The notes under the pieces: generated by a model
Databases searched by the model: none
What the model saw: only the letters and a program-made list of their open reading frames with translations
Told to the model about the DNA's origin: nothing
From: Azolla caroliniana
Lineage: Eukaryota; Plantae; Polypodiophyta
NCBI GenBank assembly: GCA_043228905.1
Contig: JBHGNT010000015.1
Coordinates: forward strand, 17,050,001 to 17,114,000
DNA length: 64,000 nucleotides
Direction of reading: 5' to 3'
Made by a program: the position numbers and the translations under genes
Shown here: positions 22,537 to 36,500 of the stretch, in pieces
Layout of the letters: each line of letters begins with the position of its first letter
Numbering within the stretch: position 1 is the first letter of the stretch

Positions 22537-24518
22537 TATGTGCCTTCTTTGCTCTGTCTGTGAGGAAGGGGTTTTTGGAAGCCTTTTAAACGAATGAATG
22601 AATGAATGGAGAAGATAAGGTTTTAAGAGGAAGCATTTTCAAAACGGTTTAGAGGTTTGGTTCGGTTCGGTTCGGTTCAGCTCCGGCTTGAGCCTTCTCA
22701 ACCGGTTTGAGCTCGGTTTGGCAAGGCGATGCTCATAATAAGGTTTTGTTTATTTGTGGCCCTATCATGTAACGAGTCGTGCATTATTGGTGCCTTTGAT
22801 GACAATACGTAATAGAGTCCTCCCTCGTATGGACGAGTATTTCGGAGAGGCTTTAGGAGCTTCGATAAGAACCACTCGCAACTACTCACCATGATAAGAG
22901 TCCTCCTCACACATGGGCATTCGAGGGGAAAATTAAAGGACTACCTAAGAGTACGTGTATTGATATATGTAAGTAAATGGGTACTTGTACACCTATGTAT
23001 ATGCTTATGTAAGAATGTGCATTGAGTTTTATTAATTTTAACATATATGTGCTCGAAATATGTATGTGTTTTTGTAAAACTGTGAAAATATGTAATGATG
23101 TATATGCGTATGAAGTCTTTTAAGCTTCTATGAATAGTTGTGTGAATGTTTATGTAAAGATATAGGTGAACAACAGTGATTGGTAGTAGTAGGGGTATTT
23201 ATGAAAATGGGGAACGGAAAGTCTAGCTTGGGCAGGTAGGATTTTATTTTCTTTATTTTATTTTTCTTTTTGTTAGTGTAAGGTTTAAGTCAAAGCTTGG
23301 GGCAATTGACATCACTTGCAAATATGGACGATGGTAGTGATAGCGAGCAAAAGCAACAACATCAGCAAAGTGTGGCGGCATAAGGAGAAGCTCCTCGACT
23401 CGAGTTGCAAGCTTCCCTTTGATTATGGGAAAAGTCTGCCTGCCTCTCAAGATTTCCTCGAAGCTCGGCGCCTTTTCACACATGGCGTTCAAGAGACTTC
23501 CTCAATGTAAGGGTGCATTCCTCGATTGTGGGTTTTACTCAAATGCCACATGGCACTCAAGGAAATCCCCGCGATGTTGGTGTGGCAATTGAGGATTTAA
23601 AATTTCATCCCAAAATTATCAAATTGTCCTTTCTGTTGGATGTCGTTCAATGGATGGGATGTTGGCTATGGTCGGCATGGCAGATTTGACTCATGTCGTC
23701 TGAAAAATCTATGGTTTTGTCAATAAGTTTTTACTCGGTGATTGGATTCGCATTCTCAACACTCGAGGAAACAACATAGGTCATAAATGCCTACGATTAA
23801 AACTAGTGCATGCCACAATATTGTAAATGGTGCAAGGCCTTTGTCATGCGCCATCTAGAATTTTATTTGAGAGCACCCATTGGATATATCGGGGCAAGTG
23901 CCTTTGATAGAACATCCCAAGTCGCTACATTGAATATGGGGAACACCCTCACAAACCAAATTACCTTAACAACCCCCACATCCTTGTATTGGAATGTGAT
24001 TCATAGAGCTTGAGTTTGTCTACAAGGTCAAAACTCATGGGGGGCTTACTAAGAATACCAACTAGTAGGGTTTTGAATGTTTGAGCATGACAATGGGGGT
24101 CTTGAAACAAAGAAGATGGTTTAAAGAGGTTTGTTTTGTTTGATTTCACAACCCAGTAGAAGGGACATGACATTTGAACAAAAGGACAAATTATTCTTTC
24201 TTTTCCACTGATCAGCATCGTTCAGGGGTAAGCGATCGAGTTATCAACACAAGGTCTCATGTGGGTCAAGAATCCCGACTTTTTTTTCACGCACCTTTTG
24301 TTACACCACACCACACATAACTTAGTTGGAACCTCATGCCTCATGGTCTCCGTAGGAGCAACAGAGCCATGCCAACAATGGAGCGAATAATGTGTGAGAG
24401 AGGGTTTCTTTGGGTTTCCATAGAGTTGAGAGAGCCATCTCTAGTGTATAGCGAGAATTGGGGATGACCGACCCTGTGTTTTGGACTGGGGGGTATTCTT
24501 GTAATTTAGAAAAGAACA

Positions 24519-24693
24519 ATACATGTATGTATGTACATACATACATACACATACACATGCATGCATACATACATACATACACACATGCATGCATACATAC
24601 ACTGCTACACACATGCATGCATACATACACTGCTACACACATACACACATGCATGCATACATACACTGTTACACACATACATTCTGATTCAAT

Positions 24694-24731
<38 letters not shown>

Positions 24732-24790
24732 CATAGATACATACATACATACATACATACATGCATGCATGCATACATACGTACATACAT
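24519..24790. repeat. Compound (TACA)n/(CA)n/(TGCA)n microsatellite
   Basis: Direct inspection; explains the spurious MYVCM/HTHT ORFs. Confidence 0.95.
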
Positions 24791-24884
24791 AGTGTGACAG
24801 TAGTTCTGGTCTTCAGTTTTTTGAACGAAGCCAAGAGGTCTCTGTCTCGGCCTCTCTCCCTCTCATTCCTTTTCAGTATCTTCT

Positions 24885-24916
<32 letters not shown>

Positions 24917-24920
<4 letters not shown>

Positions 24921-27900
24921 AGATCGATCCGGACACTGAATTTGTTACCCTCTCAGACTCCCTCCCTTCTCCCATTCCGAAACCTTCCCATCTCCAAGGT
25001 GAGGTTTGCGTCCCTTCCTCTGTGTTTCTCGCGGATGCAATATTAGAAATTTGATCAATTCATTGGTTCCTTCTGATGCATCATTAGGATTCTTGGGTAC
25101 CCCTTTTTTTTCACTTTCATTTTATATGTATACATATATGAGAAGGGATTCTATGCAGAAGCTGTGTGATTCTATTGAATGCACACATCAAATTTTTATA
25201 CTGAAAAGTGAGGCTTGGGTTACGATTTAAAACTGGTTTTGAAATAGACCCATTACTCTTGTTTTCTCTTAATTTGGTTTATGAGACATCGAATGCCCTT
25301 TTCTTCTTAAAAGTTCTCAAAGTATGAGAAAGGGTTTGTATGGGTAAGATGGATGGGTCCATGGTAAACACTCAATTCTTCTAGTATGACAAATAAGATT
25401 TGGATCTGTAATCAATTTTTTATGTTTTGAGATAGATCATGCATTTTCCTTTCAGTAACACACATACATACACATATATAGTTGAAGAATAGGGCTTGTA
25501 ATGTTGATTCCATGTGTTCTGTCAAAAGATTATACTCTTCCTTGCTCGTAATATTTTTAACATGATACAAAAGGCTTTTAGTACCATATTTTCAAATAGA
25601 ACATGCACTTTCTTTTGTTAAGTTTTTCGAAATATATATAAGAGTATGGTTTGTAGGTTGACTCCATGTGTGTTTTTGATAGCATATTTTTTAATATCTA
25701 TACACACATAAATAAACAGGTCTTGTCGGATTGATTCTATGGAGAATTCTTGTAGATCTATCCACATATTTCTTTTAGTAATGAAAAAAAGCTTTTGGAT
25801 TTCTGGTGCAGGCAAAACGAAAGTAGTATGTCTTGATTCTGATACAGAATCAGATGGATCATATGCACATGTATGCGACAATAAGCGCAAATCAGTTGAT
25901 AAAAGAAGTATGTTTACATTTGCATCATGTCATAGTCCAAACCCCAAGTTTGAAGAGAATGTGGACGTAGCCCATGGCCATGATCATAGCCGTATTCTAG
26001 ACACTTCACCAAGTCATTCTTCTTCTTTTGAATTGGAGGATTACAAGCATTTTGAAAGAAACCATTCAAGTGAAGGTATTAAAGATGTAAGAACATGCTC
26101 AATTGAGGGTATTAAAGATTTTCAAAATGTTAGTAGTCCACAACATGAAAGTGGATGTGCTTCATTTATTACCATTACAACTCCATCCACGTCTGTTTGT
26201 GAAGTTAAGAGCTGCTCTCTGGAGTTGAAGTCGAACCATGGGCAAAAACATACACATCTTGACGTCAGTGACAGGGTTTGTCTAGAGATAAAGGACATAG
26301 ACAATAATGCAAATGATACAAAAGTTGCTTACAAGGCATGTTTTAGTTTGCATAGTGATGAATCAGATGGTTCCTTGTCTGGATGGAATGATCAGTTGAA
26401 AGAAATGATGAGGAAAACTGAGAAATCTAAACTTAATGATGTCCATGTTGAGGACGTCTATGAGAACAAAAGCAATACTAGTGAACAAGATTCAATACAG
26501 AAAAAAAAGCTCTATGAATCCACCAGACAGAAGGAAAGAGACATGGAGCTAAGCGATAGTGGTGATAGTGTAAGCTGTAAACGGCCAAAGAAAAGTATCA
26601 TAAGAACAACTCTGATAGAACAAGAAATAGAAAAGCAAAAGAAAGGAGAGAGAAGGGTGAAAGATAAAGACAGGGCGGAAGCCAGAAAGCAGAAATTGAA
26701 GGAAGAAAGGGAGATCCTTCAACGTGAGAAACAAGAAGAGAAAAGAAGGCAACAAGAAGCAAGGAGGCAGAAGAATGAGGTGTGAGCTAGCACTTTCAAT
26801 ATCACATTGAAATCACTAAATATTTTGTGTTCCAATTTAGGAGAAGAAGGTATATATAACCTTTTTGGAAATTCCATTTTGTAATAGGAAGAGAGGAAAA
26901 GGAAGGAAGAATTGAGAGCAGAAGCAACCGAGAGACGGAAAATGGAGAAAGAGAAGGGAAAATGGGAGAAGGGCAAGTTTGCCTTACAGAATATCACCGC
27001 ATTTGTGGACACTCAGATTTTGGAAGGAGGGTTGGTTGGAGGTAACTTCTGCATTTCTTTTCTTTCTGTGCTATTATTGATATGTTTGATTTTTTTCTAG
27101 TTATTAGCAATCAACATGTGATTTTTATGATTTATTCAAATATTATTTCTTTGCAAGAACCCATTTCCCTTGTAAGTTATGGTTTTGAAGATCCTTCGTG
27201 CCGCAGTAAATTTTTCCAGAAAACCTCTTATACAAAGAGAATTGAATTCTCTTTCTTTCTTTATTTCCATGCAATGATTTCTTGTGCTTTACCTCTCCTC
27301 TACTTTTGGTTCTCTTGTTTACTAATGCTTAGGGTAGGCATACAAAGCTTTGTTTCATGCTGTTTATTGTTTATGGGTGTTCAATGGACTTTTCTGTCCT
27401 AAATTTTATGGTCAGGCCATCTTTTGACTCGTTTTGCTGAGAAGGGCTTTAAGTATCATCTCGTGCAGAATCCAGTTAAGAAAACTGTGACCTGGAAAAT
27501 GCAATTTCCGTCCGATGATCCTTTACTGAATTCACAAGGGGATTCTCAATTCCAAGAATCACAAGAAGTGGAATCATCAAAAGAATCCAGACCTCAGGTC
27601 TGTATGTGCTTGAAGATATATCTTTTTATATGATTGCAAAGAAAGATTTTAATGGGAAAAAGACAATAATAAAGTTTAATAGATCTTTCTATGACATTCT
27701 GCAGCTATCGTTAAAAAGCACACCTATATCATATGTCCTTGTTGTGCTAGAAGCCGAGGAATTTGTTGACATGATCAACAAGCATGCTCTAGATAAGCAT
27801 ATCAAATCGTTGCAAGATATATATCCTGGCTTCACCTTATGCTATTTGATCAACAAGCTTATGAGATACTTGCATAAAAGGTTTGAAAATTAGTATTCTT

Positions 27901-29485
27901 GTGTTATGTTTCACATGTAGCCTTGATTAAACATTATTATTTTCACATGTGGAGTGATATTTCCATATGCATAGTCTTGATTAATGTTCCGCATGCAAAT
28001 CTTCATTAGCACACATGACATACCACATGCAACCTTGATTGGGAGGTGATATTAATTTGTTTGGCTTCATGGCAACTGGATTGATGTATTCTTATGTTTG
28101 GCAGAGAGCAGCAGCAGTATAAGAATCCTGAAAACAGTTGGATTCGGCCACCTGTAGAGCAAGTAACACAATGAATCACGTACACTCAATTTTTCTTTAT
28201 GAAGCATATGCATACATACATATATGTATATAATCTTAAGGAAAACTCCTGAAACTCCCATGCTTTTCTTTATTTTACCAAATGCCCTCGACTTTTCATT
28301 ATTTCCCCAAAGGCAGCTAATTTTTGCTATTTTCCCAACCACCTTTATCCCCCGAAAGACAAACAAAGGATGCGTGGCCATGTAACTGCTCATGTAGTAC
28401 ATATGATTGAGAGAAAGGAGGTGAATTAACCATACGATTGCACTAGAGGGAGTGGGTGATTTGCATTTGGGGAATGTGAATTTTTTCGGCATTTGGGGAA
28501 TGAGGAAAAGTTCGGGCTTTCCAGAATTTTTCCTTACCATATACATGCCTACAAAACTAATGTTCTTAGAGAATACAGGTTATCTTGGATTTTCTGAAGG
28601 TCTTTAAATTATTAACTTTGTTGTGTTTATTATTATTTGTTCGCAATGGTAGATTTTGGCCAAACTAATAACATCCTACGATGGTGTGCATTCACGTTTA
28701 TGCCTTGATGAAGCCGAAGTAGCTGAACATATTGTGGGGTTAACACGGAGTTTAGCAGAGTGTCCATTCAAGTATATCTCATATACCTTAATGTCTATTA
28801 TTGTTCCTTAATGAGTTATTGTTGTCCTTGGCTATTATTTATCTATACTTGATGATTCATTATTTGTCTATATTAGACTATAACTTATGCCATGCTGATT
28901 ATTCATTTCAAAGATGCAAATTGTCGGCACTTTCTTTAAGTGCGAATGGAGATCATGTGGTGAAAAATGACCCGAATAACAATATGATAAAAAAGAATCT
29001 CTGGTAGGGATCACTTAGCTGACATTCCTGTCTTATTTATTCATGTTTAACTTAAGTACACTAGTATATTCCTTGCACAGGATGAAAGCGTTGGTAGCAT
29101 TGCCAAAAGTTTCTGGAGCCTGTGCGATCGCAATTGCAAAGAAGTATCCTTCGATGAATGCTCTTTTTGAAGCATATTTGGATCCATTAAGAACGGTATA
29201 ACTGCTGCTGTATTCTTGTTGATGTCCAACAAGTTTTAAGCATTTTTTGGTATTATGACTTGACGGTTGTTGACTAAAGCATTTCATTAATTGTTTGATC
29301 TATTTTAGGTGCATGAGAAGGAATTCCTTTTGCAAGATCTAATGAAAGAGGGGCTTCTAGGACCAGAGAGTAATCGACGCGTGGGTCCAGCTTGCTCACG
29401 ACGTGTTTATCGGATTATGATGGCCCAGCAAGGGAATCTTCACACTGATGATGTGGAGGAAGGGGCAGATTTGTTTGAAGATTGA
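24917..29485 (+). CDS. EME1: Crossover junction endonuclease EME1 (MUS81 partner), 10 exons, about 706 aa
   Basis: Exons 24917-24998, 25812-26779, 26888-27041, 27416-27597, 27705-27880, 28105-28162, 28653-28771, 28914-29003, 29081-29195, 29309-29485; all GT-AG and phase-consistent (2121 nt). Plant EME1-like motifs: KWEKGKFAL, LLTRFAEKG, YVLVVLEAEEF, GVHSRLCLDEAE, KALVALPKV..KKYPSM, RRVGPACSRRVYRIM. Confidence 0.93.
28237..28536. mobile_element. About 300-bp MITE-like element in EME1 intron 6
   Basis: Imperfect TIRs taaggaaaactcctgaaactccc / gggctttccagaatttttcctta, plus internal inverted ccaaatgcc/ggcatttgg segments. Confidence 0.6.
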
Positions 29486-30144
29486 AAATGACCTTTTGTG
29501 GCTATACTCTCTAATTCGGTCTTGACATCATCTTGTATAGATTGTTATTGTCTCAACTAACATAGCTCAATTAAGCTAATGATGTATTATATATATTTGT
29601 TCTCATAGCTTTAATCAAAATTGAGGTTCTTTTTTATCTTTTCAGACTTTTCATAGATGTCCCTGTAACCGTGTATGGGCACCATTCCGTGTAGATTGTT
29701 GGTCTCAGTTAACAAATTCAATCCCTGTCTCATAGATTTAATAAAATTTATTTTGGGCTTTTAACTTTTTAAAACAATTTATGGTTGTGATCTCCATTTT
29801 GTTTGTTCACTTTCCCTTTCCTCAGTCACTATTTTTATTCATTCCAAATGCATACACGTGTTATGGTGTACTGTCTACTTACATTATGTTTGCCAAATAC
29901 ATCCACATTTGACAAAAATTCAAAAACCTTTTGAAAGACAAATGGTTTTGCAAGGACTGCAAATCTGAATAAATGGCTGCAAGGATGAGTAATATGCATC
30001 TCTTTGTTTCTCTCATTAAATACTTAGTGTAATACGCTTGTTACATACAAGAACATTTGTACTCTATATATATGTTCAACACAATGCATTAGTATAGAGT
30101 TATTCTGGCCAATATTTGGGAGTGGGAGAATTGGCGGTTGGCCT

Positions 30145-30304
30145 ATGCTTTCATTACAAAATGCATATTTTACGAAGTCAGAATAATGCTATACTAAGTT
30201 TCACTTTAAAAGAAGGGAGGCACAATGCTTTCATTTCAAAATACACATTTTAGGAAGGTAGAATAACTCCATACTATGTTTCATTTAAAAAAAATGGAGG
30301 CACA
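30145..30304. repeat. Diverged 80-bp tandem duplication between the convergent EME1 and bL35m 3' ends
   Basis: atgctttcatt.caaaat..a.atttta.gaag...ggaggcaca occurs at about 30145 and 30225. Confidence 0.75.
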
Positions 30305-30585
30305 AAACTTGAAATTCTCCCATAAATTTGTAAGTTGGCCTGAGGGTTGATGGGACCATTACCCTTGGTCATGAGTTGAACATGAAAACCTTGACTGCAC
30401 CATAACAGTATTTCTAGAGTAAGATAAGAGAAAATTCTAAGTAGAGTTCCTCCTAGAACTAAAGACTACACCTAAATTCCAATCATGACCCGTTTTTGTT
30501 GGGTTCTTGCAAAATTGCTTGCGGATTCCAGCTGCATTCAGTCAGCTTAGGTAATCATCTACATTATTTTAGACTATTTACTCTC

Positions 30586-33500
30586 TCAACCGAGAAAATT
30601 GAGCTTCTTCATTATAGTAGCATATGCAGGATGCACAACCGTAGGTTGTCGGAGTTGACGAAGTTGCTTGTTGGTCTACAACCACAGGGCGAAGTTAATT
30701 AAAATTCAATTTCTTCAGGATAAAATGAAGGCAAACTAAAGTTAATCATAATAAAAAAGATAGCCAACCATACTAAACATTTTGAAAATCTACCAGAACA
30801 CCTCTTAGAGGTATTCTGGGTATCTTGGGTGTTTATCTGTTTGATCAGTCATTCTCACCTTTGAATGTGCATTATGTCGTTTCCCCGCCTTCCATCGTTT
30901 GACCTCTCCATTTGCTTTTGTTTTAAATCTTTCTTTAAAAGACCTTCACAAAAAAGGAGCTTTTGAAAACATGTGAAGAGCATATTTACAATAATGATTT
31001 AGCAAAGGGGCTTTCATTCTACTGACGAATATGCTTTAATTTTGTATTTCTTCAGTTTGGATGCATACATCCGCTGATGTCCCACCTGCAGCATAACAAT
31101 TCAAATGGTTACATAACCTTACATAACATCTTTCTACTTGCTTTAGGTTTTTATTAATTTCTTTAGGTTTACCATTGACACTTTTGCATTATGTATCTCA
31201 GAATGTAGGGGGTTGAACACATGGTGGAACTTCACCGTACATCTCACTCTTTCATTTTGTACCAACTAATGAGCAGAGATCCCATGATACAAATTGGCCA
31301 CCACTTGGCCAAACTATATACAGCATGATCATAGAGTAAGAATTGAGTGTGTGGGCAGAGAAATGGCTACTGTTTAGTTCGACAGGCAGGTTTCTGGAAA
31401 GGGGTTCACTGCTTTGGATCACATATTCACCCTTAGGCCCTTCTTAAGTAAGGAAGCACACATAACAGGAGAATCTATTGTTTGTGGCTTTCAAGAAAGC
31501 CTTCGACACTGAACCACATGCAGTGACTAGAGAGGTCCTTGGAGTCTCAGTAGATATGCCATGAGCAATCTATAAGCTACGTATATCCTAATGGTTTCTC
31601 AAAGATCATGGCTAGTGTGATTGGAGTGAAACAATGATTTCCACTATCACCAACTTTCTTTGGTCTTTAAAATTATGAGATATTAAATTACACAGAGAGA
31701 TCAGGTGGTTCATGAGCACGATTAGCAGAGATAGATCGCATGATTGGTGCATGGGCATAATTATAGATTTTACTTTTATACAAATTGCTGGTTGAATTTA
31801 TCATCAGGTCGCCATGGGTGCACATCAATCTCTTGCACCCTGTAGTGTGAAATGCCAGCTCATGACCTATTTGCATCAATTAGAAATTCAAGTGCAGAAA
31901 TATGCAAACAAATATGTGGAAGAACAAATCTGCCAACTCCGCCATTGGGATGTGGAATCAGTGTTGTTAATGTAATTATCAAGTTTTCTACAATTTTTTA
32001 TTAGAAAAAAGAATATGCATTATAAAGATAGAATACATTTAATATGTAGAATACGTTTAATACTTCAAATATCAATAGCAACAAGCTGGTTCTTTGCATG
32101 TGTTTATGCACTTTTATCAAATTTTAGTAACAATATATATACACATTCAATTGCAAGGCCCACTATGCAGGTAATGAAACACAAAGACCAGTGGTTGCGA
32201 CTGTTCTTGCTAGAACTTCAAAGGCAACAAATAAATCACAACAGCTCATTAACAAGAAGAAACTTTCTTTACCTCCATTACTCATGATACAAGTAAATAA
32301 CTACCCCAAGTTCGGTATCAGTGAAAACATTTGAAAAGGGTTAAAAAAATCAAGAAATAGCAAATTTTCATGCACCTAGGCTACAACCTTGTCAACCGCA
32401 TCATTGGCGAATAAATGCCATTATACCTTATACCAAAGGCCCTTGCCTAGCTTCAGGCATCTCTCCATCTTGGTTGGCCCCATGTAAGAGATCCTTTGGA
32501 GGCAGAAGTTTCCATGTATCTTAACTTAGAATGTTTTAAGGCTTAGTTAACCATATTCTGTGATACCTTAGGCAGTTCTATCAATGTAGTTAAATGTATT
32601 TTGGTTTGTTATCCTCAAGGATGAGACACCATTTGAAGTTGTTGTCCCTTGGCTTGTTAAAAGACTTTAATAGATTTCTATTTCTCTATCATTTAGGGGT
32701 TAACCCCATACACTGTACTACTACTAGAAACTGAAAGGTCAATAGAGTTCTATACCCTTCTAGGAGTTTACAAAAGCATGTTGAAAGTAAGGACAATACT
32801 CCAATCTTCTCCTCAAAAACCCCTGGGATTGATTGGATGCTTACTGCAGAAAACCATCAAAGCAAATTTATTTTGTTCAGCTATAACATCCAGAAATGGA
32901 CTGCGAGCTATAAACGTTGATGGATATCTGGATGTGAGCATAGAGGAAAATAATCTACAGGAGTTGATGTTTTATTGGAAGCTCAACTCAAAATGAAAAA
33001 ACAGTCCAACATAGATCTAGGTTTGAATGTTTATTGCCGACACATTAAAACTCAATGTTGGCAAAATTGTCAAAGGTAGATGGCTAATGCCTAAGCTCAC
33101 TCTAAACACCCATGTGCAAGAGAGCAAAAGGTGCCATTACATTGATGCATGCACACTCACATGGTGCTGCGGAATATTCAGTGGAAAAAGGGAATATGTA
33201 ACCTATGTTGCCTCAATTACAAGAAACTGAAGAGCATGTCGCTTTGGAATACATCGCATATGAGGACATCAGGCAAGATTCTTATGTATTCCTACAGGGC
33301 TGTACTATTTTTGAAGAACTCCTGATGAAGACAGAACCATCACCAACATACCAGGAATGCTTGTTGCTCATTTATTCAATCACAGAACAAAACTCATGCT
33401 TTTCCTGTCCTTTATCTCTGCTATTACCCCTCACCAATATGGCTGGAGAGAGCGCTCTCTAACCATTACTCATCCCATGGGTCATATGGCCTTTCCCCTG

Positions 33501-36500
33501 CAGACGTTAATTAATACCAATCATCATCGTCATTTCTCTCCCATTGCTAATTTATAGATTTCCAGAAAGCCTTCAACACTACCACATACTAATGTCATGC
33601 AGCAGCTAGAAGTCATACATAGAGATCATGAATCACATAACATAGAGAGATTTTGTGGATCAGAAGCATGTCCAGCAGGTATAGCCATACAAATATTACT
33701 ATATGCTGATATTGTGCTGATCTCTGACATTCTGAAGGGGTTACAAAGACACCTTAAAGTATTTTGTATGGACAAAACTTTGATGGTAAACATAGATAAA
33801 ACTAAAAGTAATGATGTTTAACTTTGTCAGTAAACATAGATAAAACTAAAGTGATGGTGTTTAACACCACTCAAGCATGGTAACCAGATCAGAACCAGAA
33901 TCCTTCGTGGAAGAGGAAAAGGTGGCATATACACAATTCTACACGTACCTAGGATTAACATTCACAGGGCCTCATATCAGAGGTTGCTTGCGGTTGATTT
34001 TCTCATGGATATGCAGCCCTTGATGCTCTTGACAGACAATGTGCACATTGCAAATCCAAGAGTCACAAACTAAATTGTGGCTATTTGATACACTTGTCAC
34101 ACCAACTCTTAATATGGTGTAGAAACCTGGGGACTGAGTCTTAACAAGGAAAATAACTAGAAAGGTTTTGAGAGACCTTTAGTCTCAATGATTGCCCACA
34201 CGATAAGAAGCAAAGCATCAATGGCCCATGATATAATCAAGGCAGTGGTAGGAGCAGCCCTAATGATCATCAAGACAAAAAACCAGTATCCAACAGCTTT
34301 TGGAGCTCCCTAAACAAAGGTACTCAAGGTTGGCACTTATGTCATCAAAACAACTCGCTGAACATGGTGATGCTGAAATGCAACAATGGTTTTGAGTCAC
34401 ATGGCATAAGCAACAATGTACTACAACGGTTCCAATTTAGCTTGGATTGTCCCATCTAAACACGACAAAAGTGGACATGAATAGAGTGATCAGAACTGAT
34501 ATTATCAACTTGGAAAATAAAATAACATGAAACAGCTTCTCAACATATCTTGGTAGGAATATGGCCCACTATAAGACATTTTTACACATCATAGGATGGA
34601 TTGATAATCAGGCCCTCTTATATGGAGATATATGTGTTTGAAATGACAAGTCATTAGTATTTCCTCTATTTCACGTGCTGCACACTGTGATAGGGCAGCA
34701 GTGAACTTCACATCAGTAAGAGATTGAGGTATTCATTTATGCATGAATACCTCTAGAAGAAAGAATTTTCCAATTGTGTCATCGGGGAGTGGAATCTGAA
34801 GAAGACTATGCTTGTCATCACACCGTTTTTAATAAGAGGGAGATAATATTGCCTCTTCTACGCCAAGTAATGGAATATGAGGGCCAATGGTGCCTAGGGC
34901 TTTTCTTGCTAGAACTCAAGAGACACAAGGAGTAAGTTGTTTAGGGACAACAATACCATCACACAAACTCATCAACAAAGAACAATCACAACTTTCTTTA
35001 GACCCATCACTCCTACTCATGTTACAAGTCAATCAAAGGCTACACAAATAGGCTCCCGACTAGGACATTGCAAAGGGGTTAAAAGATAAGGAATAATAAT
35101 TCGTCTTGCACGTAGGCCCCAGCCTTATGGACCACAATCTCACCACCTTGTCATCAACAGAGAAAGGCCATTATCTCCCACAACCACAGCTGCTCCCTCA
35201 TTTCAGAGATCTCTCCATTCTGGATTGACCTATGCTAGAGATATTTTGACAAAAAATAGTATGGTATATCTTACTCGAGAATCTTACATGTCTAGATGAC
35301 GAGATTCTTTAGTTGTATCTTGTTATATTTCTATTGACTTTTTTACTTGGTTACATTTTAAGACAACATTAAATTTTGGTTTGTTCTCAAAGACAAGACA
35401 ACATTTTAAGATGTAATCTCTTGTTTGGTCTTATAGGCCATTTTGGCCTCTTAAAAGACGATAATGTATCTTCTTTCTTTCTTTGTCAAAGAAAGAGACA
35501 AACTTAAGGCTACTCAATAATCAAGTGATACATTGATACATATAGTAATGGAATGCAATATCCTTAAATGGTACAAACAAAGATGGTATAACTTTTAGAC
35601 GAGACACAAGATCCGTTATGTATGGAAAAGACCAAAGGGGCAACACATGGATGTATGCTCTGCAAATTCCTTTTATCCAATTGGGTTCAAGTCATCTGGT
35701 TTGCACGATGCCAAATTCAAGAATATTTGGAGTGCACAAACAGGGAACAGACTGGAGAATATGTGTTGATGTTTGCATCGGCCATATTGGAAACCCTCCA
35801 CAGGAGATGGAGATTGCCCAAGCTCACATCTGGATACCAATGCCCAAGAAGCTGAGACACGCTACCACACTGATGCAAACATGCTCACACAATGAAACTG
35901 GAAATGGAAACTAGCTGAATATAAAAGAGAATATATGACCTACGCAACCTCAGTGTACGAAAAACATAAAAACATAAAAACATGTCACTTTAGAATGCCT
36001 CACCTATGAGGACATTTGACATCTTTTTTTAAGAATACCCCACAAAGTTGTAATATCTTTCAAGAACTCCTAAAGAGGGCAGGACCGTCGCTGATGACAC
36101 TCCACATGCTATATGCTCGTCCATGAAAGAACTAAACACATGGAGCATCAAAACAGTAAAATTTGGCAACTAGTTAAGTTTTTCAATTCAGAATTTCCAC
36201 TTTCCTTTAATTCTATCATCACAAAATCCCCAAACTACATCGCTAGGAACTGTTCTTTATAACAATTGTTGGTTCCATTGGTAATATTGGCCCCTTGTAG
36301 ACATTAATATATTGTCATCATCATCCTCTATTATAATAGCACTAAGCCATATTTTGCTTTATAAGCCCATGCATCTGAGTTCAATGCTCACTACTTGCAC
36401 TAATTTACTAAATGATACTGCGGAGAATGTAGGGTTTGAGCAACAGAAAACATTACCCGCATTTGAGGCTGTACATCCAACAGCATTTTGTAAATCTCAT

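Noticed and set aside
23200-24300. Possible decayed TE coding sequence between the orphan gene and EME1
   Set aside because: It looks like eroded coding DNA, but I could not identify any diagnostic motif, so it is left unannotated.
24334-24834. MYVCM/HTHT ORFs
   Set aside because: Microsatellite translations.
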